64,000 nucleotides of DNA, taken from contig CAZUIF010000016.1 in NCBI GenBank assembly GCA_964621005.1, positions 4,565-68,564 on the forward strand, read 5' to 3'. The position numbers and the translations under genes were made by a program. The DNA is from an uncultured Rikenella sp. GTDB taxonomy: Bacteria > Bacteroidota > Bacteroidia > Bacteroidales > VadinHA17. This document shows positions 8,471 to 16,829 of this stretch, one piece after another. The stretch's first letter is position 1. Every line of letters starts with the position of its first letter. The notes under the pieces were generated by a model. That model did not search any database. It was not told where the DNA came from and saw only the letters and a program-made list of their open reading frames with translations.

Positions 8471-10171
8471 TCATTTTTCCAGAAGTTTAATCCGTTTTTC
8501 CCCCCTGTAACTCCTGAGGTTTCCCTCCTTTTTCAGGTACCTGATAAGAGCCTCGGCTGTTGTAAAGAAGAGCGACTGGCCCGGGTCCCTGTGGTCATAT
8601 TTGTAAACCTGTGTCATGTAGCTGTTCATGGCAACTGTGTACACCCGGCTCATATCCAGTGGTTTGCCGTCATCAGTGAGTATCTTTATTTCCTCCGGGT
8701 CACCCTGGGAGCTGACACTTATTTCTGCAGTGACCCCTGAAGGATACAGAGGAGATCTGTCGTCAACAGGCCATGCTGCCCGCATGAGGGAATAAATCTC
8801 CTCACCGGTAAGCTTCGTGACAACCAGCTCATTTCCAAAGGGGTCAAGCTGGTAAACATTCTTGATCGTAACAGGTCCTTTTGCCAGCTGGTCAATTCGT
8901 ACACCGCCCGGATTCATCAGTGCGATGTCAGCCCCGGCAGCAGCACGCTGGGCGTCTGCCATAAGGTAACCGAGCTCCTCGTATGAAGAGAAATCGTCTG
9001 AAGCCGTTGCAATAACCTCGTTAAGGACCGGGTTGTCATTGTATTTGTCGACAATGGCACGGATTTCAGGTTTTTCCTTCTTCGAGTTCCTGATATCAAT
9101 CAGCTGCATGCTTTTTTGTACTGTTCCGTCACTGCTGACTGAAAGTCTAATCAGGGTACCGAATTTGAGCTTGTTTTCTGCCTGTGTTATCAGGATTCCG
9201 TTGTGAATCTGTTCCTTTTCAACCCTGGTATGGGAATGGCCCCCGATGATGAGATCCAACCCCGGAGCAAGGGTTTCAGCCAGCTTCACATCCTCCTCAA
9301 AGCCGATGTGTGACAGGGCAATGAAAATATCACTGCTGTCCTTCAGCCAGAGATATTCCCGGGCAGTTTCAAAGGGTGAACGGAATAAAAAACCCTTCAC
9401 ATTGTCAGGGTGAGAATCCGGAATGCCGTTCTGTCCCAATTGCAGGAGTCCGAGGAAGGCAATCCTCAGGCCGTTGGGCAGGGAGATGATCCTGTACGGA
9501 GTGAACTTCACATTCAGGGTGGCGGGGGGAGTGACATTGGCACATATGAAATCAAATCGGGCTTTCCGGGTCAGGCTGGCAAACCCTTCCGGACCTGTAT
9601 CAAATTCATGGTTACCCACGGCGCTGATACTGAACCCGACAGTGTTCATCAGGTCAATCATCGGCCATCCCTTTTCAGGGAACTGGTCGTTAACGGGGTT
9701 TCCTGTCTGGTTGTCACCCACAGCAACAAGCAGTAAATCAGGATAAACGGTCTTCAGGCTGTCAACAATCCATGCAAGTCTGGGGAAGTTATCTATTGCG
9801 GCATGCATGTCATTCACGGCAAAGAGAGTCGCCTGGCGTTCAGGGGAAGGGGTGCCCGGGGACTGCACACGGGAAGCAGTTGAGGAGCCTGCCTGCCTGA
9901 GCCCCGTGCATGAGTAAAGAATCCCCAATGCCAGTGCTGCCGGAATGAGTATGCGTAGTGAGCCTCTCTTCCTGCGTCCCGTTACAAGGATAATTGTATT
10001 TCCTTCACTGAGTTCACCGTCAGGTGCCAGCCTGTTGCCGAAACGGTCTTCGGCTGCAGGCAGCCGCGCTGGTATTTTTTTGTCTGCCTGTGTGTAGTAT
10101 GCATGAATCGCATCCTTTACCCTGGCTCCGCCGTGGAGTTCGAGCACCGTGCTGTTTACAGTAATTTTCAT
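8471..10171 (-). CDS. Bifunctional metallophosphatase / 5'-nucleotidase (UshA-like) with an unusual N-terminal extension
   Basis: Motifs FAVNDMHA, AVGDNQTG, GNHEFD and GGHSH, plus a 5'-nucleotidase C-terminal domain. A lipoprotein-type signal (RRKRGSLRILIPAALALGILYSC) sits about 70 aa after the start. An alternative start is at 10204. Confidence 0.8.
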   Translation of the reverse strand: MKITVNSTVLELHGGARVKDAIHAYYTQADKKIPARLPAAEDRFGNRLAPDGELSEGNTIILVTGRRKRGSLRILIPAALALGILYSCTGLRQAGSSTASRVQSPGTPSPERQATLFAVNDMHAAIDNFPRLAWIVDSLKTVYPDLLLVAVGDNQTGNPVNDQFPEKGWPMIDLMNTVGFSISAVGNHEFDTGPEGFASLTRKARFDFICANVTPPATLNVKFTPYRIISLPNGLRIAFLGLLQLGQNGIPDSHPDNVKGFLFRSPFETAREYLWLKDSSDIFIALSHIGFEEDVKLAETLAPGLDLIIGGHSHTRVEKEQIHNGILITQAENKLKFGTLIRLSVSSDGTVQKSMQLIDIRNSKKEKPEIRAIVDKYNDNPVLNEVIATASDDFSSYEELGYLMADAQRAAAGADIALMNPGGVRIDQLAKGPVTIKNVYQLDPFGNELVVTKLTGEEIYSLMRAAWPVDDRSPLYPSGVTAEISVSSQGDPEEIKILTDDGKPLDMSRVYTVAMNSYMTQVYKYDHRDPGQSLFFTTAEALIRYLKKEGNLRSYRGEKRIKLLEK

Positions 10172-10250
10172 TGCCGAAATATTGAAATAACAGTAAAAAT
10201 CCAAAATTGGATTTTTCTTCCGACAATGAAATATTTTAAGTGAGAAATTT

Positions 10251-11696
10251 TCAGTTTCTCCTGAACGGTTTGGTAAAGACTGTTATGAAAGTAAACAGCT
10301 CAAGACGTCCGGCTATCATCAGGATTATCATCGTGATTTTGGCCACAGGGTTGAAATGTGCATAGTTGCCCATGTTTCCTGAAGGTCCAAGTCCGGGACC
10401 AATTCCCGCCATGCTGGTTGCCGAAGCTCCTGATGCCTCAAGGATTGAAATCCCCGAGATCTGCATTATCATGCTCCCTGCGAGAAAAGTAAGTATATAA
10501 AGAAAGATAAAGACAACAACCTGGTTTACAGTGTCATCAGTTACTCTCTGTCCGTTCAGCTGAACCGGAATTACGGCAGAAGGGTGATGAAGTTTGATAA
10601 ATGAGTTTTTGAGGTTTTTCAGGGCTATCAGATGACGCCCCATTTTTATGCCGCCGGTTGTTGACCCTGTAGACCCGCCGAAGAACATAAGAATGAACAT
10701 GACATACCAGCCGATCGGCGGGAATTTCATGTAATCGGTCGTGGCAAATCCCGTGCAGGAGATCTGGGATGTAACCTGGAAGAATGCATCCCTGAATGAC
10801 AGTTCAAAATTCCGGTCGGTCCCGGAAAAAAGGATCAATGTAACAAAGCAGACGCTCGCCGTTACCATGAAGAGGTAAAACCACAGTTCATCGTTTTTCC
10901 TGATCTTGCTGAAATTGCGTGATATGAGATGATAATAAACAACATAGCTTACTGCAGCAAGCAGCATAAAAATCGCCGTGACATACTGTGTATATGCTGA
11001 ATACCCTGAAATACTTGTATTCCGTGTGGAAAATCCCCCGGTTGCAACCGTACCGAATGCATGGCATATGCTGTCAAACAGGTTCATGTCACCGATAGAA
11101 AGAAATACTACCTCGACAGCCGTCAGGCCCAGGTATATCAGCAAAATCCTGGTGACGACTCCCTTTATCCTGGGGTGGATTTTTTCCTTCACTGAAGATT
11201 CAAGGCTGAAAAGCTGGTACCCCGTGATCTTCAGTGAGGGAAGGATAAGGATAACCAGCACGATGATCCCTATTCCCCCGATCCAGTGGGTCAGGCTTCT
11301 CCAGAACAGGATTGAATGCGGAAGACTTTCGACTTCAGTAAGTATTGATGCCCCTGTGGTTGTAAATCCGGATGAGGACTCAAAAAATGCGTTTATAAAT
11401 CCCGGGATAGTCCTGCTGAAGAGATATGGCAGCGAACCTACAAGTGAGATCAGAACCCACGCCAGTGTTACTATCAGGAATGTGTCCCTGTTGCTGATAT
11501 TTTCCCTGTTGTATTTAAGACTTGCAAGATGCAATATTGCTGCCAGGCTTATTGTCATGAGTGCCGAAAGCAGGAATGGTATGGCAGGTTCGCCGTATAT
11601 GAGCGATACCGGCGAACAAGCCAGGATGAAAGCTGCTTCAATCAGCATGATTTTACTCAGTATCCTGATAATGCTGACCGGGTTGATCAGGTTCAT
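10251..11696 (-). CDS. trkH: TrkH/KtrB-family potassium uptake membrane protein
   Basis: Four pore-loop-like segments (SSGFTTTGAS, TGGFSTRN, SCTGFATT, GGSTGSTTGG) in a ~480-aa polytopic membrane protein. Confidence 0.85.
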   Translation of the reverse strand: MNLINPVSIIRILSKIMLIEAAFILACSPVSLIYGEPAIPFLLSALMTISLAAILHLASLKYNRENISNRDTFLIVTLAWVLISLVGSLPYLFSRTIPGFINAFFESSSGFTTTGASILTEVESLPHSILFWRSLTHWIGGIGIIVLVILILPSLKITGYQLFSLESSVKEKIHPRIKGVVTRILLIYLGLTAVEVVFLSIGDMNLFDSICHAFGTVATGGFSTRNTSISGYSAYTQYVTAIFMLLAAVSYVVYYHLISRNFSKIRKNDELWFYLFMVTASVCFVTLILFSGTDRNFELSFRDAFFQVTSQISCTGFATTDYMKFPPIGWYVMFILMFFGGSTGSTTGGIKMGRHLIALKNLKNSFIKLHHPSAVIPVQLNGQRVTDDTVNQVVVFIFLYILTFLAGSMIMQISGISILEASGASATSMAGIGPGLGPSGNMGNYAHFNPVAKITMIILMIAGRLELFTFITVFTKPFRRN

Positions 11697-11749
11697 TTTC
11701 TGTTCTTAAAAATTGCGGTGCAAATTTGAGATCATTACCATAAGGTTTA

Positions 11750-11788
11750 CGTAAAGATATGATCTTTACATATAAAGATTTTGTAAAG
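11750..11788 (-). promoter_or_regulatory. Cluster of CTTTAYR direct repeats resembling KdpE half-sites, upstream of trkH
   Basis: On the minus strand, CTTTACA (11782-11788) and CTTTATA (11771-11777) are spaced 11 bp apart. A third copy, CTTTACG (11750-11756), lies 21 bp further on, and an inverted CTTTACA sits on the plus strand at 11764-11770. The cluster is 54-92 bp upstream of the trkH ATG, and a near -7 box CAAATTTG sits at 11721-11728. Confidence 0.4.
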
Positions 11789-11850
11789 AACGAACTTCCT
11801 CACGGCTCCGGCGGGTTATGACCTGGCAGAGTCTGGGCCGCAGGTAACAG

Positions 11851-12534
11851 TCAGCTTCCGAACCTGTAGCCAATCCCTGACTCGGTAATCAGGAGGGCGG
11901 GGCTCGACGGATTCTCCTCAATTTTCTTCCGGAGCTGGGCTATGAAAACCCTGAGGTACTGGGTTTGTTCAAGGTAACCATATCCCCAAATCTCTTTGAG
12001 TATGAACTGGTGTGTAAGTACCCGGCCGCTGTTCCTGGCCAGCAGGGTGAGAAGCGAGTATTCGGTGGTTGTGAGCTTCACGATCTCGCCATCGCGGCGG
12101 ACTACATGATTAAGCAGGTCTATTGAGAGCGACCCGAACTCCAGCATAGGGTTATCCTTTTTTTCTTCACCGAGCCTTATTGCTGCCCTTATCCTGGCCA
12201 CCAATTCTCCGCTGCGGAACGGTTTTGTCAGGTAGTCATTTGCGCCTCCGTCCAGAGCGCTGATTATATCATCCTCCGAGTTGCGGACAGACAGTACAAT
12301 CACGGGTTTTGTGTACCACTCCCTCAGTGTATGCAGCAGTTTCATGCCGTCCATGTCAGGCAATCCGAGGTCAAGTATTATCAGTGACGGGCTGTGGGTA
12401 GCGGCCGTTACAAGGCCTTCCCTGCCTGTTGCTGCAAAGAGAGTGCTGAACCCGTAGGTTGACAGTGAAATCTCAAGCAGTCTGCGGATCTGGACCTCAT
12501 CATCAATTATCAGGATAGACTTGTTGTCTGTCAT
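11851..12534 (-). CDS. kdpE: OmpR-family response regulator KdpE
   Basis: Colinear with E. coli KdpE as I remember it: IILDLGLPDMDG, PVIVLSVR, DYLTKPF, YLRVFIAQLRKKIE, TESGIGYRF. Confidence 0.85.
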   Translation of the reverse strand: MTDNKSILIIDDEVQIRRLLEISLSTYGFSTLFAATGREGLVTAATHSPSLIILDLGLPDMDGMKLLHTLREWYTKPVIVLSVRNSEDDIISALDGGANDYLTKPFRSGELVARIRAAIRLGEEKKDNPMLEFGSLSIDLLNHVVRRDGEIVKLTTTEYSLLTLLARNSGRVLTHQFILKEIWGYGYLEQTQYLRVFIAQLRKKIEENPSSPALLITESGIGYRFGS

Positions 12535-14057
12535 TTTGCAAGATCTAAGTGATTCATATCAGGCAGTCCGGAGGGAATCGCAACTGTGAACATTGCACCT
12601 CCGGTCTCAATGTTTTCTGCTGTAACGGTCCCTTTATGGACGTCCACGATACCCTTCACGATTGAAAGTCCAAGTCCCAGGCCGCCGGCAGGGGATCCCT
12701 CCACACGGAAGAACTTGTCAAAAAGATGCGGTAGTGATTTTTCCGGGAAACCGGGTCCGCTGTCAGAGACCCTGATAACCAGGTTCCCGTTTTCGTGCGA
12801 AGCTGCAAGCTTCAGGTCTGATCCCGGCGGGGAGTGCTGTGATGAATTAAGCAGGAGGTTGATCAGGACGTGTTCCATGAGGGCAAAATCAATCCTCACA
12901 AGCGGCATTTCATCCGGAATTGAAGTGATAAGCCTGAATTGCTGGAGCTCCTGTTTCAGGTTTTTGGTGACCCTGTGAAAGAGGTCATTGACATCGTACC
13001 AGTCGAGACGCAAAGAAATCCTGCCGCTCTCAATGCGTGACATATTCAGGAGGTTTTCCGTCATATGGTTCAGCCTGGCTGCGGCCTTGAAGATTTCACC
13101 GGAAAGTGCCTCCCTGTTACCGGATGATGTTTCAGAGAACATAAGGGTGTCTGTCGCTCCCATGATGGTTGCAATAGGTATCCTGAACTCATGTGAGACC
13201 AGGTTGAAAAGAGTTCCGTAAAACCTGTCAGATTCATCCAGAACCCTTGCCTTGATTGCCATTTCATCAAGAAATTCCCGTTCAAGGGCATTGGCAATAT
13301 GGGTGCAGTAGGTGTCCCAGAATTCTTCCTTGTCCCTGTAACTTTCCTCACCGATCGTAAAGACAACGACTCCTGGATTGATCCTTGCCCCTGTAAGGGG
13401 ATAATAGGTCAGCGGGGCATCATTCATGTAGCCGGTGAATTTCCCGGCTTTTTTCCGGTTTGAATAAACCCACTCTGCAATCACGCGATCAGGTTCATCA
13501 GGAAGGACTTCGCCGATCCGGCGGACCTGTCCGGGGTTGTCATTTTCATCATGAATGAGGAAAACTGCCCCGGCCCCGAAATGTTTTCTGAAATGATCTG
13601 TGGCAACCCTGATGACTTCATCCGTACCGCGTGCTTTGGACAGATCTCCTGTCAGCTGGAACAATGCGTTTGTCTGTATCTCCCTGTCTCTTACAGCCCT
13701 TTCCTGCCGCCTGATACGGTTGGTCAGGATGCCGTTGAGAAGAGCAATAATGAAAAACGAGACAAACATCAGCCTGTCTTCTGTCCTTGCAATATGGAAT
13801 GTGTGAAAGGGAGGGATAAAGAACCAGTTCCACGCAACAGCACTCATGGTTGAGGCCAGCAGTACGGGTCCTATTCCGAGGAAGACGGCAAGCAGCGCTA
13901 CCGCGAAGAGGAGTATGAACGAAACTATATGATAGCTCTGCGGAGTGGACAGGGGCAGGCAGACCAGTGTTGCAAGGCCAATGGTCAGTATTACAACAAG
14001 GTATGGATAAATATGCTTAAGCATGCTGTCAGAAGCTGCCGTCACATTTCCGTTCAT
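12531..14057 (-). CDS. KdpD-like sensor histidine kinase lacking the N-terminal KdpD/Usp module (DUF4118 membrane domain + GAF-like + HisKA/HATPase)
   Basis: It starts directly with the four-TM DUF4118-like region. H-box NLVSHEFRIP; N and G boxes LLLNSSQHS, DSGPGFP and GGLGLGLSIV. It overlaps kdpE by 4 nt. Confidence 0.8.
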   Translation of the reverse strand: MNGNVTAASDSMLKHIYPYLVVILTIGLATLVCLPLSTPQSYHIVSFILLFAVALLAVFLGIGPVLLASTMSAVAWNWFFIPPFHTFHIARTEDRLMFVSFFIIALLNGILTNRIRRQERAVRDREIQTNALFQLTGDLSKARGTDEVIRVATDHFRKHFGAGAVFLIHDENDNPGQVRRIGEVLPDEPDRVIAEWVYSNRKKAGKFTGYMNDAPLTYYPLTGARINPGVVVFTIGEESYRDKEEFWDTYCTHIANALEREFLDEMAIKARVLDESDRFYGTLFNLVSHEFRIPIATIMGATDTLMFSETSSGNREALSGEIFKAAARLNHMTENLLNMSRIESGRISLRLDWYDVNDLFHRVTKNLKQELQQFRLITSIPDEMPLVRIDFALMEHVLINLLLNSSQHSPPGSDLKLAASHENGNLVIRVSDSGPGFPEKSLPHLFDKFFRVEGSPAGGLGLGLSIVKGIVDVHKGTVTAENIETGGAMFTVAIPSGLPDMNHLDLAK

Positions 14058-14080
14058 CTGCTCTTACTTTTTCACAGTCA

Positions 14081-14088
14081 CAAAGTTA
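14081..14088 (-). promoter_or_regulatory. Candidate -7 promoter box TAACTTTG for the kdpD-like operon
   Basis: Exact TAnnTTTG on the minus strand, 24 nt upstream of the ATG at 14057. Confidence 0.35.
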
Positions 14089-14117
14089 AGCTTTATGAAG
14101 TGAAATGCCGGCTCAGT

Positions 14118-14137
14118 TTGCGAAGCGAATTTCGCAA
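14118..14137. promoter_or_regulatory. Palindrome TTGCGAA-N6-TTCGCAA in the kdpD-like / T9SS-gene divergent spacer
   Basis: Perfect 7-bp inverted arms, about 30-50 bp upstream of the candidate kdpD-like -7 box. Function unknown. Confidence 0.2.
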
Positions 14138-14294
14138 TCAATTCATAAAAAGATTATCAATTTCAGGTCAGAGGGTGAAAAGATTTTATAAAGGCGGTGG
14201 ATGAAAAAACAGCTTCAAATTGCAACCCCGGGGCCTGAAGCGCCGTTTAACAATTTGCATTACAGACCGGCGAGGGTGTGTAGTCAAATGGTTC

Positions 14295-16826
14295 ATGAAG
14301 AAATGGATCCTATATATCATTTCCCTGTTATTGTCGTTGAGTGCCACCGGGCAGAACTGTTCCATTCTCTCGAAGGCTAACAACATCACTCCTGACAAGC
14401 TCTGTTCACCGGTGACAGCCACCTGGACGGTAAGCTATACGGGGGTGAATGATGACGGCTACCCGGTCAGCATACGCTTTGACTGGAATAACGGCACGGT
14501 TCAGACAGTTCCGGCGGTTGAAACATCACCGGGAGTGTTTGAGGCAACTGCCATTAATACGTATACCTCGGCAGGCAATGTCTGCAACTACCATCCGCAG
14601 GCCACCCTGGTGGTCGACGGTGTCCTGTGCACCTCTTCGTCACAGGAACAGATAGTCACTGTATGGGACGATGATGACCACAACGGGGGGCGTATGCACA
14701 TCAACCCACTGGTTTACCCGATCTGTTTTGGCAACAGTGCCAACGTCCGTTTCCAGGACCTGACACAGTTCAACTGCGTGCCTCCCCAGGAGAATGACAA
14801 CCCCAATGTAAGCACACGCTGGATTCAGTGGATTTACGGAACCGACAATACCATGACCGGTCTGCCTGTGACAGTTGATGGCAGAAGCCGGACCTTCCCG
14901 TACATTGACAATATTATTACCCTTACCGGGCCGGTGACCGGGTCCGGTGTCTGGTCTGACGTTATCTTTGTGGCCAGCGACAAGCTGATAGGCCAGTACT
15001 TTGAAGTGACTCTCCGCAACTGGAACTACTGCAATCCCTACGATGATCCGGCATTACCCGGCGGACCCCGTGACAGGGTCAACGGCGACCATCCCCCGGT
15101 GGTGACAACTGCAAGGATACTTATAGTTCCTTATCCTGACGCCACGATAACCCCGGTTGCCCCTATGTGTGCCAATGCAACGCCCGTCACCCTGACAGCC
15201 CGTGATCCCGGAGGAACATGGTCAGGCAGCGGTGTCAGCGGGAACATTTTTGATCCCTCACTTGCAGGACCGGGAACCCATACAATCAGTTATGAAATAG
15301 TAAATGCTGACGGGTGCAGCGACACGGATCAGACAACAATTACCGTTTATCCTGTGCCTGACGCTACCATCCTTACGACCGGGATTGCATGTTCAACCGA
15401 TCCGGTGATCGTTCTCCAGGCCCGTGACCCGGGCGGGGTATGGTCCGGTCCGGGTGTCTCGGGTAATCTGTTTTATCCTGCCGTTGCGGCTGCGGGCAAC
15501 CACCTCATTACATATTCAATTACTGATGCCAACGGATGCACCGATTCTGACCAGGCTACCCTCACTGTGGCTACTCCCGATGCTACGATCACCCCTGTTG
15601 ACACCCTTTGTGAGGACAGTCCAGCCGTTGTTCTGACGGCACGTGACCTCGGCGGGGTGTGGTCAGGCCCCGGGGTGGTAGGCAATCAGTTCATTCCTGC
15701 CCTTGCAGGGGTGGGGAATCATATTATAAAATATGAAATCCTTAATACTGACTGTGCCGCTTCAGACACCGCACTGGTTACCGTCATGGCATTGCCGTCG
15801 ATTATTCTCGACGGTCCTGATACTCTCTTCCTTAACAGTCTCCCGGTTACACTCACTGCATATCCGACCGGAGGAACCTGGTCGGGGCCGGGTATGGCGG
15901 GGAATGTTTTCGATCCGGCAGAAGCAGGCCTGGGAAGTCATACTCTGACATACTCTGTTCCACCCATGAGCTGGGGATGTGATGCCCGGCAGGATCTGAG
16001 AATTGATGTTATCATGCCACCGATGCCCGTGGCAGCTTTCGAGGGCGTCACGGAGGGTTGTGCTCCTCTCACTGTACAGTTTGTCAATAAGAGCATTTAC
16101 GGTGAAAGCTATACATGGGATTTCGGCGACAAACAATACTCGTCCGACAAGGATCCTGTGCATACATATTACGTTCCGGGGAACTACATTGTAAAACTGA
16201 CTGTTCACAACATTGCGGGGGAATCGGTTGCGAACGGCGTTGTAACAGTGCATCAGAATCCGTCAGCCATCCTTGATGCCTATCCCACGAAAGTGGTCAA
16301 CAATGAACAGATAGTGATCTTCTACAGCTATTCCTACTTTGCTGACTCCTGGCTTTGGAAGTTCGGTGACGGGGAAACCTCCACTGAGGAGAATCCATGG
16401 CATAAATATGAGTCACCGGGAACATATACCGTTTCGCTGCATGTTTCAACCGCCAACGGCTGCGTGGATTCAGCAACGATGGTGACACCGGTGGTGGTTG
16501 AATGGAAGATGGGTACCATTAAATTCCCGAATGCATTCAAATGGAATGAATCAGGTCCGACCGGGGGTGAATGGAGTGAAGGGGTAAACCCTTATATGGA
16601 TGAGGTTTTCAGGCCTTTCTTTGAGAATGTTATTGAATACAGGCTTCAGATCTTCAACCGGTGGGGTACGCTCATATATGAGAGCCATGACCTGAAGAGG
16701 GGATGGGACGGTTATTTCGGTAACGGCAAACTGGCACCTCAGGGTGTATATGTCTGGAAGGCTACGGGAAGGTACGCCGACGGTGAATACTTTGACAAGG
16801 TGGGGGATGTAACCTTCCTGCATTAA
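14295..16826 (+). CDS. Large secreted adhesin-like protein with tandem Ig-like repeats, two PKD domains and a T9SS type B (gliding-motility-associated) C-terminal domain
   Basis: I chose the start at MKKWILYIISLLLSLSATGQ (14295). PKD signature YTWDFGDKQYSSDKDPVHTYYVPGNYIVKLTV. The C-terminus FNRWGTLIYESHDLKRGWDGYFGNGKLAPQGVYVWKATG...GDVTFLH is typical of type B CTDs. Confidence 0.8.
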   Translation: MKKWILYIISLLLSLSATGQNCSILSKANNITPDKLCSPVTATWTVSYTGVNDDGYPVSIRFDWNNGTVQTVPAVETSPGVFEATAINTYTSAGNVCNYHPQATLVVDGVLCTSSSQEQIVTVWDDDDHNGGRMHINPLVYPICFGNSANVRFQDLTQFNCVPPQENDNPNVSTRWIQWIYGTDNTMTGLPVTVDGRSRTFPYIDNIITLTGPVTGSGVWSDVIFVASDKLIGQYFEVTLRNWNYCNPYDDPALPGGPRDRVNGDHPPVVTTARILIVPYPDATITPVAPMCANATPVTLTARDPGGTWSGSGVSGNIFDPSLAGPGTHTISYEIVNADGCSDTDQTTITVYPVPDATILTTGIACSTDPVIVLQARDPGGVWSGPGVSGNLFYPAVAAAGNHLITYSITDANGCTDSDQATLTVATPDATITPVDTLCEDSPAVVLTARDLGGVWSGPGVVGNQFIPALAGVGNHIIKYEILNTDCAASDTALVTVMALPSIILDGPDTLFLNSLPVTLTAYPTGGTWSGPGMAGNVFDPAEAGLGSHTLTYSVPPMSWGCDARQDLRIDVIMPPMPVAAFEGVTEGCAPLTVQFVNKSIYGESYTWDFGDKQYSSDKDPVHTYYVPGNYIVKLTVHNIAGESVANGVVTVHQNPSAILDAYPTKVVNNEQIVIFYSYSYFADSWLWKFGDGETSTEENPWHKYESPGTYTVSLHVSTANGCVDSATMVTPVVVEWKMGTIKFPNAFKWNESGPTGGEWSEGVNPYMDEVFRPFFENVIEYRLQIFNRWGTLIYESHDLKRGWDGYFGNGKLAPQGVYVWKATGRYADGEYFDKVGDVTFLH
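15138..16025 (+). repeat. Four tandem ~73-74-codon coding repeats (Ig-like modules) inside the T9SS type B protein
   Basis: Units start at 15138, 15360, 15579 and about 15798 (periods 222 and 219 nt). Consensus: DATI.P....C....PV.LTARDPGG.WSGPGVSGN.F.P..AG.G.H.I.Y.I....GC.D.D...(L/I)TV. Confidence 0.7.
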
Positions 16827-16829
16827 AGG

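Noticed and set aside
10978-11709. 243-aa plus-strand ORF
   Set aside because: It is almost entirely antisense to trkH, whose pore-loop motifs are unambiguous, and its product has no recognisable features.
14220-14294. Longer N-terminus for the T9SS type B protein (start at 14220)
   Set aside because: The extra 25 residues are basic and non-hydrophobic. The Met at 14295 is followed at once by a canonical signal peptide (MKKWILYIISLLLSLSATGQ).
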